NCBI GenBank assembly: GCA_013286645.1
Contig: JABDFJ010000004.1
Coordinates: 12 to 64,011, forward strand
Direction of reading: 5' to 3'
Source: Chlamydiota bacterium
GTDB taxonomy: Bacteria > Chlamydiota > Chlamydiia > Chlamydiales > Parachlamydiaceae
Length of the DNA stretch: 64,000 nt
The notes under the pieces were generated by a model that had not been told where the DNA came from, did no database searches, and saw only the letters and a list, made by a program, of their open reading frames with translations. How positions within the stretch are numbered: position 1 is the first letter of the stretch; each line of letters begins with the position of its first letter. The position numbers and the translations under genes were made by a program. Shown here one piece after another: positions 37,120-46,301 of this stretch.

Positions 37120-38400
37120 ATGTTTTGCAAGCAATGTGGCGAAGGGATCGAAACACAAGCTAATTTTTGCCCAAATTGTGGCCAAAAGCTTAAAACTACC
37201 GCCGAACCGCAACAACCCACTCGAAAAGCAAGTAAAGCCGGCTTTTGGCTGAAATCCATTTTTACCCTGCTCTTCATATTCGGAGCTATCGGTGTCTATC
37301 TCTCAATATCCACAGCCGAACCTAGTGAAACCGTGGAAAATCAACTGCAGGCCCTACGCAATGACCATATCACCGAAGCCTATTATCACTATACCTCTAA
37401 AGCCTTTCAAGATTCTGTTTCACTAGAACATTTCCGCCAGTTTGTCCAACATTATCCCACCTTAACCAAATATACAGCCGCCCGCTATGTGCAGCTTAAA
37501 CTCGACAAAAACATCAGCGCCTTAGATGTTTTACTGACACCAGTGCAGGGTCCGGACTTAAAAATCCAATACCGCTTGATTAAAGAAGGAGATAGCTGGA
37601 AAATCTTGGGTCTTAAACTGGAAGATCCCACTGTAAATGAAGCACACACTGCCCAAGAAACCGATCCTAAAGTAGAAGCCGCTCCTTTAAAAACAGAACC
37701 TTTTGATTCTCAACCCCTTTTAGAGGTCATTCAGAAACAACTCAATCAAATTCGTCAGAAAAATATCGAAAAAGCCTATAGCGATTACACTTCAAAAGAC
37801 TTCCAAAAAACGACCACAGAGCAGGTCTTCAACAATTTTATCCAAGGTCATCCCGGTTTTTCCGATAACAAAGCGATCAATTTGGGACGTATCATGACCG
37901 TTGATAATAATGTTGTCACCTTTTCAGGGACCTTAACCACGAATACCGGACATACCTATCCTGTCGAATATAATCTCATCTCTGAAGACGGGACATGGAA
38001 GATTCTGCATATCGAAGTTGAAAAAGAAAGCACCAATCCCCCTAAGGAAGTCGCCCAAAAAGCCCCACTGCAATTTAATAAGTTTGTGTTAGGCAATCAA
38101 GTTAATGCCAACGGACTTGTAGCTAATCCGACAGTGATTTTTAATAAAGATTCGGGTCAAATTCACTTAAATCTCTATATCCATGACTCTGTTGCTGGCA
38201 CGCAAATAGAAGTACTTTTTCAGCACATCGAAAGTAAATCTAAAGCCCCGCTTGTCACAGCACGGGTGCCTGATGATGGTGATGAAATCCTTTCCTTTGC
38301 ATTTTCCCCTCCTGTCAATGGCTGGCCAAAAGGGCACTATCAAATTGAAGCAAAAGCGTCTAGCGGTGAACAAGGGACCGTGGATTTTTCGGTTGAATAA
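37120..38400 (+). CDS. Zinc-ribbon membrane protein with repeated DUF4864-like domains
   Basis: MFCKQCGEGIETQANFCPNCGQKL zinc ribbon, one TM segment, then three similar ~110-aa modules (ITEAYYHYTSKAFQD..., IEKAYSDYTSKDFQK...). The ATG at 37120 is better placed behind GAAGGTGA than the GTG at 37111. Confidence 0.55.
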   Translation: MFCKQCGEGIETQANFCPNCGQKLKTTAEPQQPTRKASKAGFWLKSIFTLLFIFGAIGVYLSISTAEPSETVENQLQALRNDHITEAYYHYTSKAFQDSVSLEHFRQFVQHYPTLTKYTAARYVQLKLDKNISALDVLLTPVQGPDLKIQYRLIKEGDSWKILGLKLEDPTVNEAHTAQETDPKVEAAPLKTEPFDSQPLLEVIQKQLNQIRQKNIEKAYSDYTSKDFQKTTTEQVFNNFIQGHPGFSDNKAINLGRIMTVDNNVVTFSGTLTTNTGHTYPVEYNLISEDGTWKILHIEVEKESTNPPKEVAQKAPLQFNKFVLGNQVNANGLVANPTVIFNKDSGQIHLNLYIHDSVAGTQIEVLFQHIESKSKAPLVTARVPDDGDEILSFAFSPPVNGWPKGHYQIEAKASSGEQGTVDFSVE

Positions 38401-38405
38401 TTCAC

Positions 38406-38999
38406 ATGCAGATTATTGCTGGAACATTTAAAAATAGGCCCATCACCACACCCAAGGGTTTGAAGACGCGCCCAACTTCTGGACGTCTACGCGAAACACT
38501 TTTTAACATATGTCAAAATGATATCGATAGCGCGCATTTCCTCGATCTATTTGCCGGCTCTGGAGCCATGGGATTAGAGGCGATTAGCCGTGGAGCAGCC
38601 TCTTCCACACTTGTCGATAACAGCAAAGAAAGTATTCGCTGCATCCAAAATAATGCACGTATCTTGCAAGTGGAAAGCCACACTGACATCATTTACGGCG
38701 ACGTTTTCGAAGTGCTCGTTAAATTAGCCAAACGAGGGAAAGTTTATGATATCATCTATGCAGATCCTCCCTATGATACGATCCAAAAGGATGACACCGA
38801 AGAACATTCCTATAGCGCACAAGTGCTGAAATTCATCGACGGTCATAATCATCTGCTCAAGGCTGGCGGCTCACTTTTTCTTGAAGATGCTGTTACAGCA
38901 TTGCCAGAAAATGAAACACTGCATAACCTCACGCTTAAAAGCTCTCGTCGCATGGGGCGTTCATCCCTTCAACACTATATCGTCAAGGATGTGTCATGA
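38406..38999 (+). CDS. rsmD: 16S rRNA (guanine966-N2)-methyltransferase
   Basis: RPTSGRLRETLFNI, DLFAGSGAMGLEAISRGA, IIYADPPY. Confidence 0.85.
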   Translation: MQIIAGTFKNRPITTPKGLKTRPTSGRLRETLFNICQNDIDSAHFLDLFAGSGAMGLEAISRGAASSTLVDNSKESIRCIQNNARILQVESHTDIIYGDVFEVLVKLAKRGKVYDIIYADPPYDTIQKDDTEEHSYSAQVLKFIDGHNHLLKAGGSLFLEDAVTALPENETLHNLTLKSSRRMGRSSLQHYIVKDVS

Positions 39000-39508
39000 G
39001 AAGTGCATTATATCCAGGGGTCTTTGATCCACCTACTACCGGTCATATAGAAATTATCCAGCGCGCAGCTCAGCTTTTTGACAAACTATATGTGGCTGTA
39101 TCCACTCAAACAGGTAAAAGGACGTGCTTCTTCACTGCCGATGAAAGGAGGGATTTAATCCGCACAGCCACCACAGCCTTAAACAATGTTGAAATCATCA
39201 CTTTTTCTGGGCTGGCTGTTGATTGTGCCAAGAATTTAAACATCAACGTACTCGTACGGGGATTGCGCAATGGCACCGACTTCGATTATGAGTATCAAAT
39301 GGCAGCGGCAAATCGTCAAATGACAGGTGTCGAAACAGTATTTCTCGTTTCATCACCCAAAGATCTCCACCTTAGCTCAACGCTCATCCGCGAAATTGCA
39401 ACCAATGGCAGGCGCTTGCATGATTTCGTCCCTAAAACGATTGAAGAGCAGGTCTTCAAGCGCCTATCGCAATCAAATCCTTCCAGAGCCTGTGATAAGA
39501 GAATCTAA
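38996..39508 (+). CDS. coaD: Phosphopantetheine adenylyltransferase
   Basis: ALYPGVFDPPTTGHIEIIQRA (T/HxGH motif). ATGA overlap with rsmD. Confidence 0.9.
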   Translation: MRSALYPGVFDPPTTGHIEIIQRAAQLFDKLYVAVSTQTGKRTCFFTADERRDLIRTATTALNNVEIITFSGLAVDCAKNLNINVLVRGLRNGTDFDYEYQMAAANRQMTGVETVFLVSSPKDLHLSSTLIREIATNGRRLHDFVPKTIEEQVFKRLSQSNPSRACDKRI

Positions 39509-39539
39509 GGGCATTAAAGTCTGATACTACTACTGTTAA

Positions 39540-39899
39540 TCAAGCTTTGTGGTCCTCGGAGCTTTCCCCAAAGAGGGAATCGAAACGCTTTTTGGGGTCC
39601 ACATTGCCACCAGCATCATCCACATCGTCGCCAAACAGACGCTTTGCCACGGACCCACTATCTACTTTCTTGGCAGGGGCTTGTCCAAGCAGTTTAAAAT
39701 CTTCACAGAAGTTTGTAGCTGTGCGATCGGCTACATAATCTGTACCTGGCACAGCGCAATCATTGGGTTGACCCGGTTTATAATAGATACAATTTTTGCA
39801 GCAATGCAAAGCTGCATTACACACATCGCAGATAGCCCGAAATGACAACTTTCCCCATGAGGGTTCATCAAGCGTTGCACCACAATTCCAACATTTCAT
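39540..39899 (-). CDS. Small Cys-rich zinc-ribbon protein
   Basis: MKCWNCGATL...CDVCNAALHCCKNCIYY...; ATGA overlap with the upstream MORN-repeat gene. Confidence 0.5.
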   Translation of the reverse strand: MKCWNCGATLDEPSWGKLSFRAICDVCNAALHCCKNCIYYKPGQPNDCAVPGTDYVADRTATNFCEDFKLLGQAPAKKVDSGSVAKRLFGDDVDDAGGNVDPKKRFDSLFGESSEDHKA

Positions 39900-42427
39900 T
39901 CCACATCATCCCATGCACGATTTTCTTGGGGGGTTTTCTTCTTATCAAGCAGCTTATCTTCTGCATAGGATTGAAGGACGAGAGACTTGCCTTCCGCAGT
40001 GTATTTGTTGAATTTGCCATGTCGTTTACCTGCATTATATTCTGCTTCAAAGATAAGCACTCCACTCTTGCTCCACTCCTTGCAAAGACCATTCAGCTTG
40101 CCATGGCAATAGTTGTAGAGACTGATGAGCTGTCCATTGGTAGCAAAGGTTTTTTCTTCCCCTTCCTTTAGATCTTCAACAAAGAGCACTTGCTTTTTGA
40201 TAACTCCATTGGGGTGGTATTCATAGGCCATTCCATTTTGGTTATCGTGGTGAAATTCTGCCGCGATGCTAATGCGTCCCTCATGATTGTATACAGTGAC
40301 AATCCCTTCTTTGAGCCCTTTTTGGTAAGGGGTGCTACCCACTTTGGTGCCAGCTTGGTTATATTCCGAGACTTCCCCTTCAAGCAATCCATTCACGTAA
40401 TTAGCTTCCAATGCTTTGACTTTACCAAAGAAGTCATCTAAAGGATAATAAACCTGATGCAGCCCATCCAGCTCATTGTTTTTATAGTGATAAACGTATT
40501 CACTGTCATCTGCTTTGCGGATATAATAGCGCCCTTCTAGCGAACCCTCATGATAATGAGCCTCCTCGAGGATCTCTCCAGCATTATCCCACAACACCTT
40601 TTTGCCATGGAGAATCCCATCGCGGTATTCCATGAGGATTTTACTTTGGCCATCAGGGAAATATCCCTTTTGTTCCCCGTGCAACTTCCCATCTTGGTAA
40701 TTCATCATACGCGCAATCTGTTGTGGGTGCTCATTTTCTATAGGATAGTAAACCCGTTGCTCACCGATAGGCAAACCACTTGCATAGTGTGAAACTTGCT
40801 GGGGAGCACCATCTTCAAACCAAGAGAGCCATTCTCCATCCAATTTACCAGCCACATATTGTCCTTTACTCGTCATCTTACCATTGGCATGAAATTCTTC
40901 CACAATACCATCAAGATTCCCGTTAATATGCTGAGAAACATTTTTTACAGTGCCATCCTCAAACCACTCTCGATGGCTCCCATGTTTGACGCCATTCACA
41001 TATTCACTTTGTGTTTTGAGTTTGCCGTTGTCATACCATTCTTGGGTTGTCCCTTCCAATAGCCCCTGCAGATAGACAGCTTCGCTGGCTTTTTGTCCAT
41101 TCGCATACCAGGTGTGACTCGGACCCTGTTTTTTACCTTGATCGTAGGTGATAGATACTGCTAGCTTGCCATCAGGATACCATTCCTCATAGACGCCATC
41201 TTTTTTACCACTTTTATATAGTGTTCGCAGTTTAGGTGTATTGTCAGCATAATGTTCTTGTTGCAAACCATCAAAATCGCCCCTCACGTACATGTATTGG
41301 CGCTGCACTTCCCCTTCAGGATAGTACTCCAAAAATTCGCCCTCGTGGACTCCATTGACCAAATAATATTGCTTTTTCAGTTTTCCAGCTGGAGTGTATT
41401 CTTTAACGGGCTCGACGAGCCTGCCGTAATCGTCATAATTGGCAATCCCAATCACTTTACCTTCAGGAGTGCTTTTGGTATGTTTACCTACAGGATTTCC
41501 TGCCACATAACGTCCCTCTCCGATGAGGATACCCTCAATAGAATAGTAGCATTCAGCACCCTGTTTTTTACCTTCGACGTAGCCCACGCGATAGCATTCT
41601 TTGCCATTATCATAGTACTGAACGTATGTACCATACGGTTGCCCCTGCCGGAAATCTTGCACTTCGGCCATGACTCCATTAGGATGATAGCGTGTTAAAG
41701 CATGGCGTTGTCGTTCGCTATTCAGCAACCCTTTTGTATAAAGAGCGACACGTTTAACTTTGCCATCCGGGTACCATTCGATGGATTCTCCAGTTAATAA
41801 ACCATCTTTGTAGTGACGAGAGGCTGCTTTTTTTTCCTCTTCGAAATATTGTGTCACTTCTCCCGTAATGACCCCATGACTATAATGTGAGCGCTCGGCG
41901 ATATCTCCATTAGCATGATATTTCTCCGCAGCTCCATCGTAAATTCCATGTTTTATAGGAACAAAAGACTTCAACAAGCCATTAGCATAAAAAGATTTCA
42001 CACTATGAAAGGGAACGTTTTTGTTATAAAAGGCAATTGTGTCAGCGCTCCCTTCTGGGCTGTAAACCACAGAAGGACCATGAAGCATAAATGCGTAGCT
42101 GCCGGCATCATCTGGAGGAAGGGCTAACAAGTCCGTTTCACTATACAGAGATCCCTCTGCTCTATATACCAGAAGCTTGACAGGCGATTTCTGTTCGGTA
42201 CCTTGCATAGGCTCTAACAATAACACTTTTTTTGGCGACCCATTTTCATACGCTTCCAAAATTTCCGGCACCCAATTGGGTTGGCGCATTTTCAACTTTG
42301 TTGATGGTGTAGGTATATGTGAACTTTCTTGAAGAGCTGCCTTGTTGGCAGTTTCTTGCGCAGCTAAAGAGCTGACGGATATAGAGCTAGCAATAAAAAT
42401 CACAGCAATAAAAAGGAACCGATCCAT
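39896..42427 (-). CDS. Exported MORN-repeat-variant (YwqK-like) repeat protein, about 840 aa
   Basis: More than 25 tandem ~23-aa units of the type G.(K/H).G....(W/Y)Y.(N/D)G.(L/K). Signal peptide MDRFLFIAVIFIASSISVSSLAAQ from ATG 42427. Confidence 0.75.
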   Translation of the reverse strand: MDRFLFIAVIFIASSISVSSLAAQETANKAALQESSHIPTPSTKLKMRQPNWVPEILEAYENGSPKKVLLLEPMQGTEQKSPVKLLVYRAEGSLYSETDLLALPPDDAGSYAFMLHGPSVVYSPEGSADTIAFYNKNVPFHSVKSFYANGLLKSFVPIKHGIYDGAAEKYHANGDIAERSHYSHGVITGEVTQYFEEEKKAASRHYKDGLLTGESIEWYPDGKVKRVALYTKGLLNSERQRHALTRYHPNGVMAEVQDFRQGQPYGTYVQYYDNGKECYRVGYVEGKKQGAECYYSIEGILIGEGRYVAGNPVGKHTKSTPEGKVIGIANYDDYGRLVEPVKEYTPAGKLKKQYYLVNGVHEGEFLEYYPEGEVQRQYMYVRGDFDGLQQEHYADNTPKLRTLYKSGKKDGVYEEWYPDGKLAVSITYDQGKKQGPSHTWYANGQKASEAVYLQGLLEGTTQEWYDNGKLKTQSEYVNGVKHGSHREWFEDGTVKNVSQHINGNLDGIVEEFHANGKMTSKGQYVAGKLDGEWLSWFEDGAPQQVSHYASGLPIGEQRVYYPIENEHPQQIARMMNYQDGKLHGEQKGYFPDGQSKILMEYRDGILHGKKVLWDNAGEILEEAHYHEGSLEGRYYIRKADDSEYVYHYKNNELDGLHQVYYPLDDFFGKVKALEANYVNGLLEGEVSEYNQAGTKVGSTPYQKGLKEGIVTVYNHEGRISIAAEFHHDNQNGMAYEYHPNGVIKKQVLFVEDLKEGEEKTFATNGQLISLYNYCHGKLNGLCKEWSKSGVLIFEAEYNAGKRHGKFNKYTAEGKSLVLQSYAEDKLLDKKKTPQENRAWDDVE

Positions 42428-42458
42428 GAGTAAGCCCGTTTTGTTTAATCTCGATTTT

Positions 42459-43652
42459 TCACAATTTTGGAAGTGCCACCGTCTCAACTTCATCTTGGGG
42501 CAATTGATAAGCTGCAGCACTACCAATTAGAAATAATCCCCCTAGAATAGCTAATGCTTTAGCTGGAGCGTCATCGGTGAAACAAGTAGCTAACACTCCT
42601 CCACCTACCTGTCCAATTCCTTCCGAAATGCACCATACCATTCCCATCAAGAAAGCAATCACCATCCCCTTTTGCTCCGGAGCCAATTGGGTTCCAAGCG
42701 AAATAGCCACAGGCTGCACCACCCCCACAGCAGCTCCCAAAATAAATAATAAGCTCAACAATGCCACATTGCTGTAAGCAGGAACAAATAGCAGGGTATA
42801 AAAGGCACACATCCCGATCAACATCGAAATCAATATCACCAGACGACTAGAAAAACGATCTGCTAAGTGACCTGCTGGAATCATCATTAAAGCCCCACCT
42901 AAGATAAACATCATATGCCCTCCTCCAAAAGAAATCCAGGGAGCATAACCACGTGAGCTAAGTAGATCGGGAAGCAAAAACATCGTCCCCCATAACATAC
43001 TTGCATTACATACTTGCGTAAAATAAAGCAGACGCAAGTCTCTATGGCGAAAAAAATTAATAAAAACTTTTAAATCAAAATGCTTGTTGGCTGTCAACAC
43101 ATTGGCTGGTTTCGGAGAGACTAAACTGATAAAGGCCACTAATACCAGAGCTACCGTAGGGATCGCCAACCAGACCACATGACCATCGAACCATTGATGA
43201 AAGGAAGTGAATAAAATCTGACTAAAAGCCATCCCAAAAGCACCGCCAGACGTAAACAACGAGATTAATAAGCCCTTACTTTTCGGTGATAATTCACTCA
43301 TCATACTAGCTGCGGAAGGATGGAAGGCACCAGAACCAGCACAAGTGCATAGATAGAGCGCGAATAGACACAAATAATTGTCGGTGTAGACAAAACAGGC
43401 ACTTGCCGCCGTAGCCAGCAAGCCGCCCAAAATTAGCGCTTTGCGGTAGCCCCTATCACTTAGGGAACCGAAAAGAACTTGCAAACCTTCTCCTACAAAA
43501 GCACAGATACCGCCAATCAAGCCTGCTATGGCCAGATCGAGATGAGCTAACGTCTTATACACGGGCCAGATGCCAATCATGACATCAACCATAAAATGGC
43601 CCAGACATACGATGATGACAGCCAGTAACAATGTTTTTTTCGAAGAGATCAT
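42459..43652 (-). CDS. MFS transporter
   Basis: 12-TM pattern. GSLSDRGYRK matches the loop 2-3 MFS motif. Confidence 0.8.
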   Translation of the reverse strand: MISSKKTLLLAVIIVCLGHFMVDVMIGIWPVYKTLAHLDLAIAGLIGGICAFVGEGLQVLFGSLSDRGYRKALILGGLLATAASACFVYTDNYLCLFALYLCTCAGSGAFHPSAASMMSELSPKSKGLLISLFTSGGAFGMAFSQILFTSFHQWFDGHVVWLAIPTVALVLVAFISLVSPKPANVLTANKHFDLKVFINFFRHRDLRLLYFTQVCNASMLWGTMFLLPDLLSSRGYAPWISFGGGHMMFILGGALMMIPAGHLADRFSSRLVILISMLIGMCAFYTLLFVPAYSNVALLSLLFILGAAVGVVQPVAISLGTQLAPEQKGMVIAFLMGMVWCISEGIGQVGGGVLATCFTDDAPAKALAILGGLFLIGSAAAYQLPQDEVETVALPKL

Positions 43653-43752
43653 AAAAATGCTATTAGTTTTATAAATTATATAATGCCATATAACAGTATA
43701 CCTAATTATTGCATTTTTTGGTAACTAATTAATTTATTTCATGAAATTAGTT

Positions 43753-43982
43753 TTTCGGGCAAGGGCACGCACGGTACATGTTCACGTTCGGTATAGCTTT
43801 CGTGCCCGTGTGCGTGCCCGTGCCCGTGCCCGAATTTATCTACCCGCTATCTTTAGAACTTTTAACCTTAATTAACGTTGCCGATCACGTTTTCATTCCC
43901 ACTCTTCTTTCGGGCACCGGCACGGGCACGCACACGGGCACGAAAGCTACACTCTCCCTGAACATGTACCACGCACGCGCCT
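43753..43982. repeat. Family-C palindromic element, copy 1 (cgtgcccgtg modules)
   Basis: gtacatgttcacg...ctttcgtgcccgtgtgcgtgcccgtgcccgtgcccgaa and its inverse ttcgggcaccggcacgggcacgcacacgggcacgaaag...gaacatgtac. The second copy at 56671..56871 shares the central spacer (cacgttttcattc.cactcttctttcggg). Confidence 0.85.
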
Positions 43983-43986
43983 CCTA

Positions 43987-44181
43987 ATTACCCATAAGTC
44001 CGCATTGCATTAAAAACACTATTCTGAAACACAGAGGCACAGAGAACATAGAGAGGGAAATTTTGTTTCGTTAAATACATATAGAGACTTCTCCATATAG
44101 AGACTTCTCCATCCTCTCTGTGTCCTCTGTGTCTCTGTGTTTCAAAAATATGGTTTGATGCAATGCGGACTTATGGGTAAT
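43987..44181. repeat. Family-D element nested inside the additional arm pair acccataagtccgcattgcat / atgcaatgcggacttatgggt
   Basis: Read directly from the sequence. Inner arms are gaaacacagaggcacagagaacatagagagg and cctctctgtgtcctctgtgtctctgtgtttc. Confidence 0.85.
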
Positions 44182-44343
44182 AGCATGGGGGCACGAAATT
44201 CATTAGGTCATGCAAGATATCTAGATAAATAGGCATAAAGGCTGAGACACCGACCGTATAGCTTAAAAAAAACTTGAAAGTTTACACCCTGAATGTTAAG
44301 AAAGAAATTAGACAAAAACCAAACTTCATTTAGGAGATTTCCC

Positions 44344-45396
44344 ATGAAAAAAATCAATAAGCCTGATCTGAAAAAGTTGGCCTTACTAGGTCTAGCAGGT
44401 GGCACAATCATAGCTTCGCAGCAAGCTTCAGCTGATCAGTTACAAGATCTCAATAACTATGGCACTCTATTAGCATTTGCTGGTTGTGGTGGCGGAAGCT
44501 GCGGTGCCAAGCTCCCAGTTCCACCTCAAACAGCAGGAAGAGAAACTGCTTGGAATGGCAGCTACAACCAAAGCGGACAAAACTATTACTCTGATTACCA
44601 ACAACCTTCACATGGTTGCGGTTCATCTTCACAACAATGGCAATCCTACAACTATCAACAACCATCTCACGGCTGTGGATCTGCTCAACCAGCGCCATCC
44701 TACTACACCAACGCACAACCACAGCAATCTCATGGTTGTGGCGCAGCTCAGCCCGCTCCTTCATACTACACCAACTACCAACCGCAACAATCGCATGGCT
44801 GTGGCGCAGCTCAACCAGCACCACAAGCGCAAGCTTCCTACCAAAATAACAATTCCCAAGGATGGAATCGCTATACTGCAGATGCAGCCCCTACTTCCAC
44901 AGATCAATCTACCATGCCAGCTCCCGCACCTGTAAAACCTGTAAAGCCAGGACAGCCAATGCCAACAGATCCAACTGCGCCACAAACGCCTCCTCCTGCT
45001 TCATACAACAACAGCAATGCACGCAATAATAACACCAGTCTTTCTGCCTATTTCACAGCCGATGCGAGCAAGCCTGCTACTCAACAAGCTAGCGACAAAC
45101 AAGCTCCAATGTCTGAAAGCGAGCTAGTATCCAAGCTTAATAGCGAAGGTAAAGCCACTTTTCAAAGCTTAGATCCTGCTGGCAAAGCTTTGGCTCTCAA
45201 GTTAGCTAACCAAACTTGCAAAGGTCAAAACGACTGCAAAGGCTTAAATTCCTGCAAAACAGCTAACAACAGCTGCGCTGGCAATGGCAGCTGCAAAGGG
45301 ACAAGCAAAGGACCTTTCACAGACAAAAATACAGCTGTAAAAGTAGCAGCTAAAAAAATGAGCGACAAGCGTGTCAACGCAGCTTCTCCAAGCTAA
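44344..45396 (+). CDS. Secreted repeat protein with four SHGCG tandem repeats and a 5-Cys C-terminal module; candidate MNIO substrate (large precursor)
   Basis: ATG 44344 behind AGGAGA. Signal peptide MKKINKPDLKKLALLGLAGGTIIASQQASA. Repeats lie at 44596..44841. The CKGQNDCKGLNSCKTANNSCAGNGSCKG module lies at 45208..45300. It is on the same strand as, and upstream of, the DUF692/DUF2063 genes. Confidence 0.6.
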   Translation: MKKINKPDLKKLALLGLAGGTIIASQQASADQLQDLNNYGTLLAFAGCGGGSCGAKLPVPPQTAGRETAWNGSYNQSGQNYYSDYQQPSHGCGSSSQQWQSYNYQQPSHGCGSAQPAPSYYTNAQPQQSHGCGAAQPAPSYYTNYQPQQSHGCGAAQPAPQAQASYQNNNSQGWNRYTADAAPTSTDQSTMPAPAPVKPVKPGQPMPTDPTAPQTPPPASYNNSNARNNNTSLSAYFTADASKPATQQASDKQAPMSESELVSKLNSEGKATFQSLDPAGKALALKLANQTCKGQNDCKGLNSCKTANNSCAGNGSCKGTSKGPFTDKNTAVKVAAKKMSDKRVNAASPS

Positions 45397-45472
45397 TTGG
45401 AGAAGTTATGCCATCACCTCTCGAACTCTATATTCGAGAGAATGGCATTTTATTTTCTGTCCGTGTAATTTA

Positions 45473-45499
45473 TTAGCCGGCATCAGCCGGCTAATTTTT
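45473..45499 (+). terminator. Intrinsic terminator or attenuator between the two precursor-candidate genes
   Basis: ttagccgg-catcag-ccggctaa followed by ttttt. A second hairpin ctctcgaa...ttcgagag lies at 45418..45440. Confidence 0.5.
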
Positions 45500-45521
45500 A
45501 AGTAAAACAAGGAGAATTTTA

Positions 45522-45845
45522 ATGAAAAAGTCCAAACTAACAAAACTCGCCTTACTCGGCATGGCCGGTGGTGTACTCGCTGCTGCACAGCCAAGCTTAG
45601 AAGGTGTCCAAGATAATAATTCTATCGACATCCAACACCTCATAGCAATGCCAAAATGTGCCGCGCATGGATGTGCCTCTTTAACGGCTGATTCTGACGC
45701 CCCTACTAAAGCAAGTGATGATAAAGCCAATGGGGTCGATTTAGACGATGACACCGATCAACCCAAAACCGATGATAAAACAAAAAATAGCACCCCTAAA
45801 AAATCGGACGCTCCAGCAGCTTCGAAATATATGCTTCAATGCTAA
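45522..45845 (+). CDS. Small secreted protein (107 aa) with KCAAHGC motif and a C-terminal Cys; second candidate MNIO substrate
   Basis: Strong Shine-Dalgarno AAGGAG. The signal peptide MKKSKLTKLALLGMAGGVLAAAQP is homologous to that of the 44344 gene. The tail is acidic and Lys-rich. Confidence 0.55.
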   Translation: MKKSKLTKLALLGMAGGVLAAAQPSLEGVQDNNSIDIQHLIAMPKCAAHGCASLTADSDAPTKASDDKANGVDLDDDTDQPKTDDKTKNSTPKKSDAPAASKYMLQC

Positions 45846-45878
45846 ATTGGGTGTTAATGAACGTGCACTGTAAGCGGC

Positions 45879-46149
45879 AAAAGGACCTAAAGAGGTAATT
45901 GCATAAGTCTCTTTTAATCGATTTTTGGATAATTTCAAGGAGAGAATGATCAAGATGGTACCAGAAGATTTGTCTTGAGCATGTATACCGAACGTGATTC
46001 AAAAGTTGGCATTTCCAGCTGCGCGAAAATCCCCGCGGATCAAATATCCCAAGCGACCCAATATTAGCAATATGGGGTCGCTTGGGATATTCGATCCCCG
46101 GAGTTTTGGCGCGCTCGAAATGCCAACTTTTGAGTCACATTCGATATAC
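45879..46149. repeat. Family-A 5' fragment plus a separate 167-bp palindrome (45983..46149)
   Basis: aaaaggacctaaagaggtaattgcataagtctcttttaatcgatttttggat, followed by arms gtataccgaacgtgattcaaaagttggcatttc... and ...gaaatgccaacttttgagtcacattcgatatac around inner arms atcccaagcgacccaatatt/atatggggtcgcttgggat. Confidence 0.8.
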
Positions 46150-46301
46150 TTTAATAAATAAAAACTTTCTTCGCGTTATCTTCGCTTACTTCGCGACCTT
46201 CGCGGTTAAATAGTGCGCTACTCTAATTTGTGATGAGGGTTATTTTTCCTCCACGCAAAAAAGCTTTTTGTATATCATACATATTTTATCTGGTAACAAC
46301 C

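Noticed and set aside
43753-44181. Possible CRISPR arrays in the repeat-rich spacers
   Set aside because: The repeats are inverted (palindromic arms) rather than regularly spaced direct repeats with unique spacers. The modules are 8-15 nt and contiguous. No cas genes are present.
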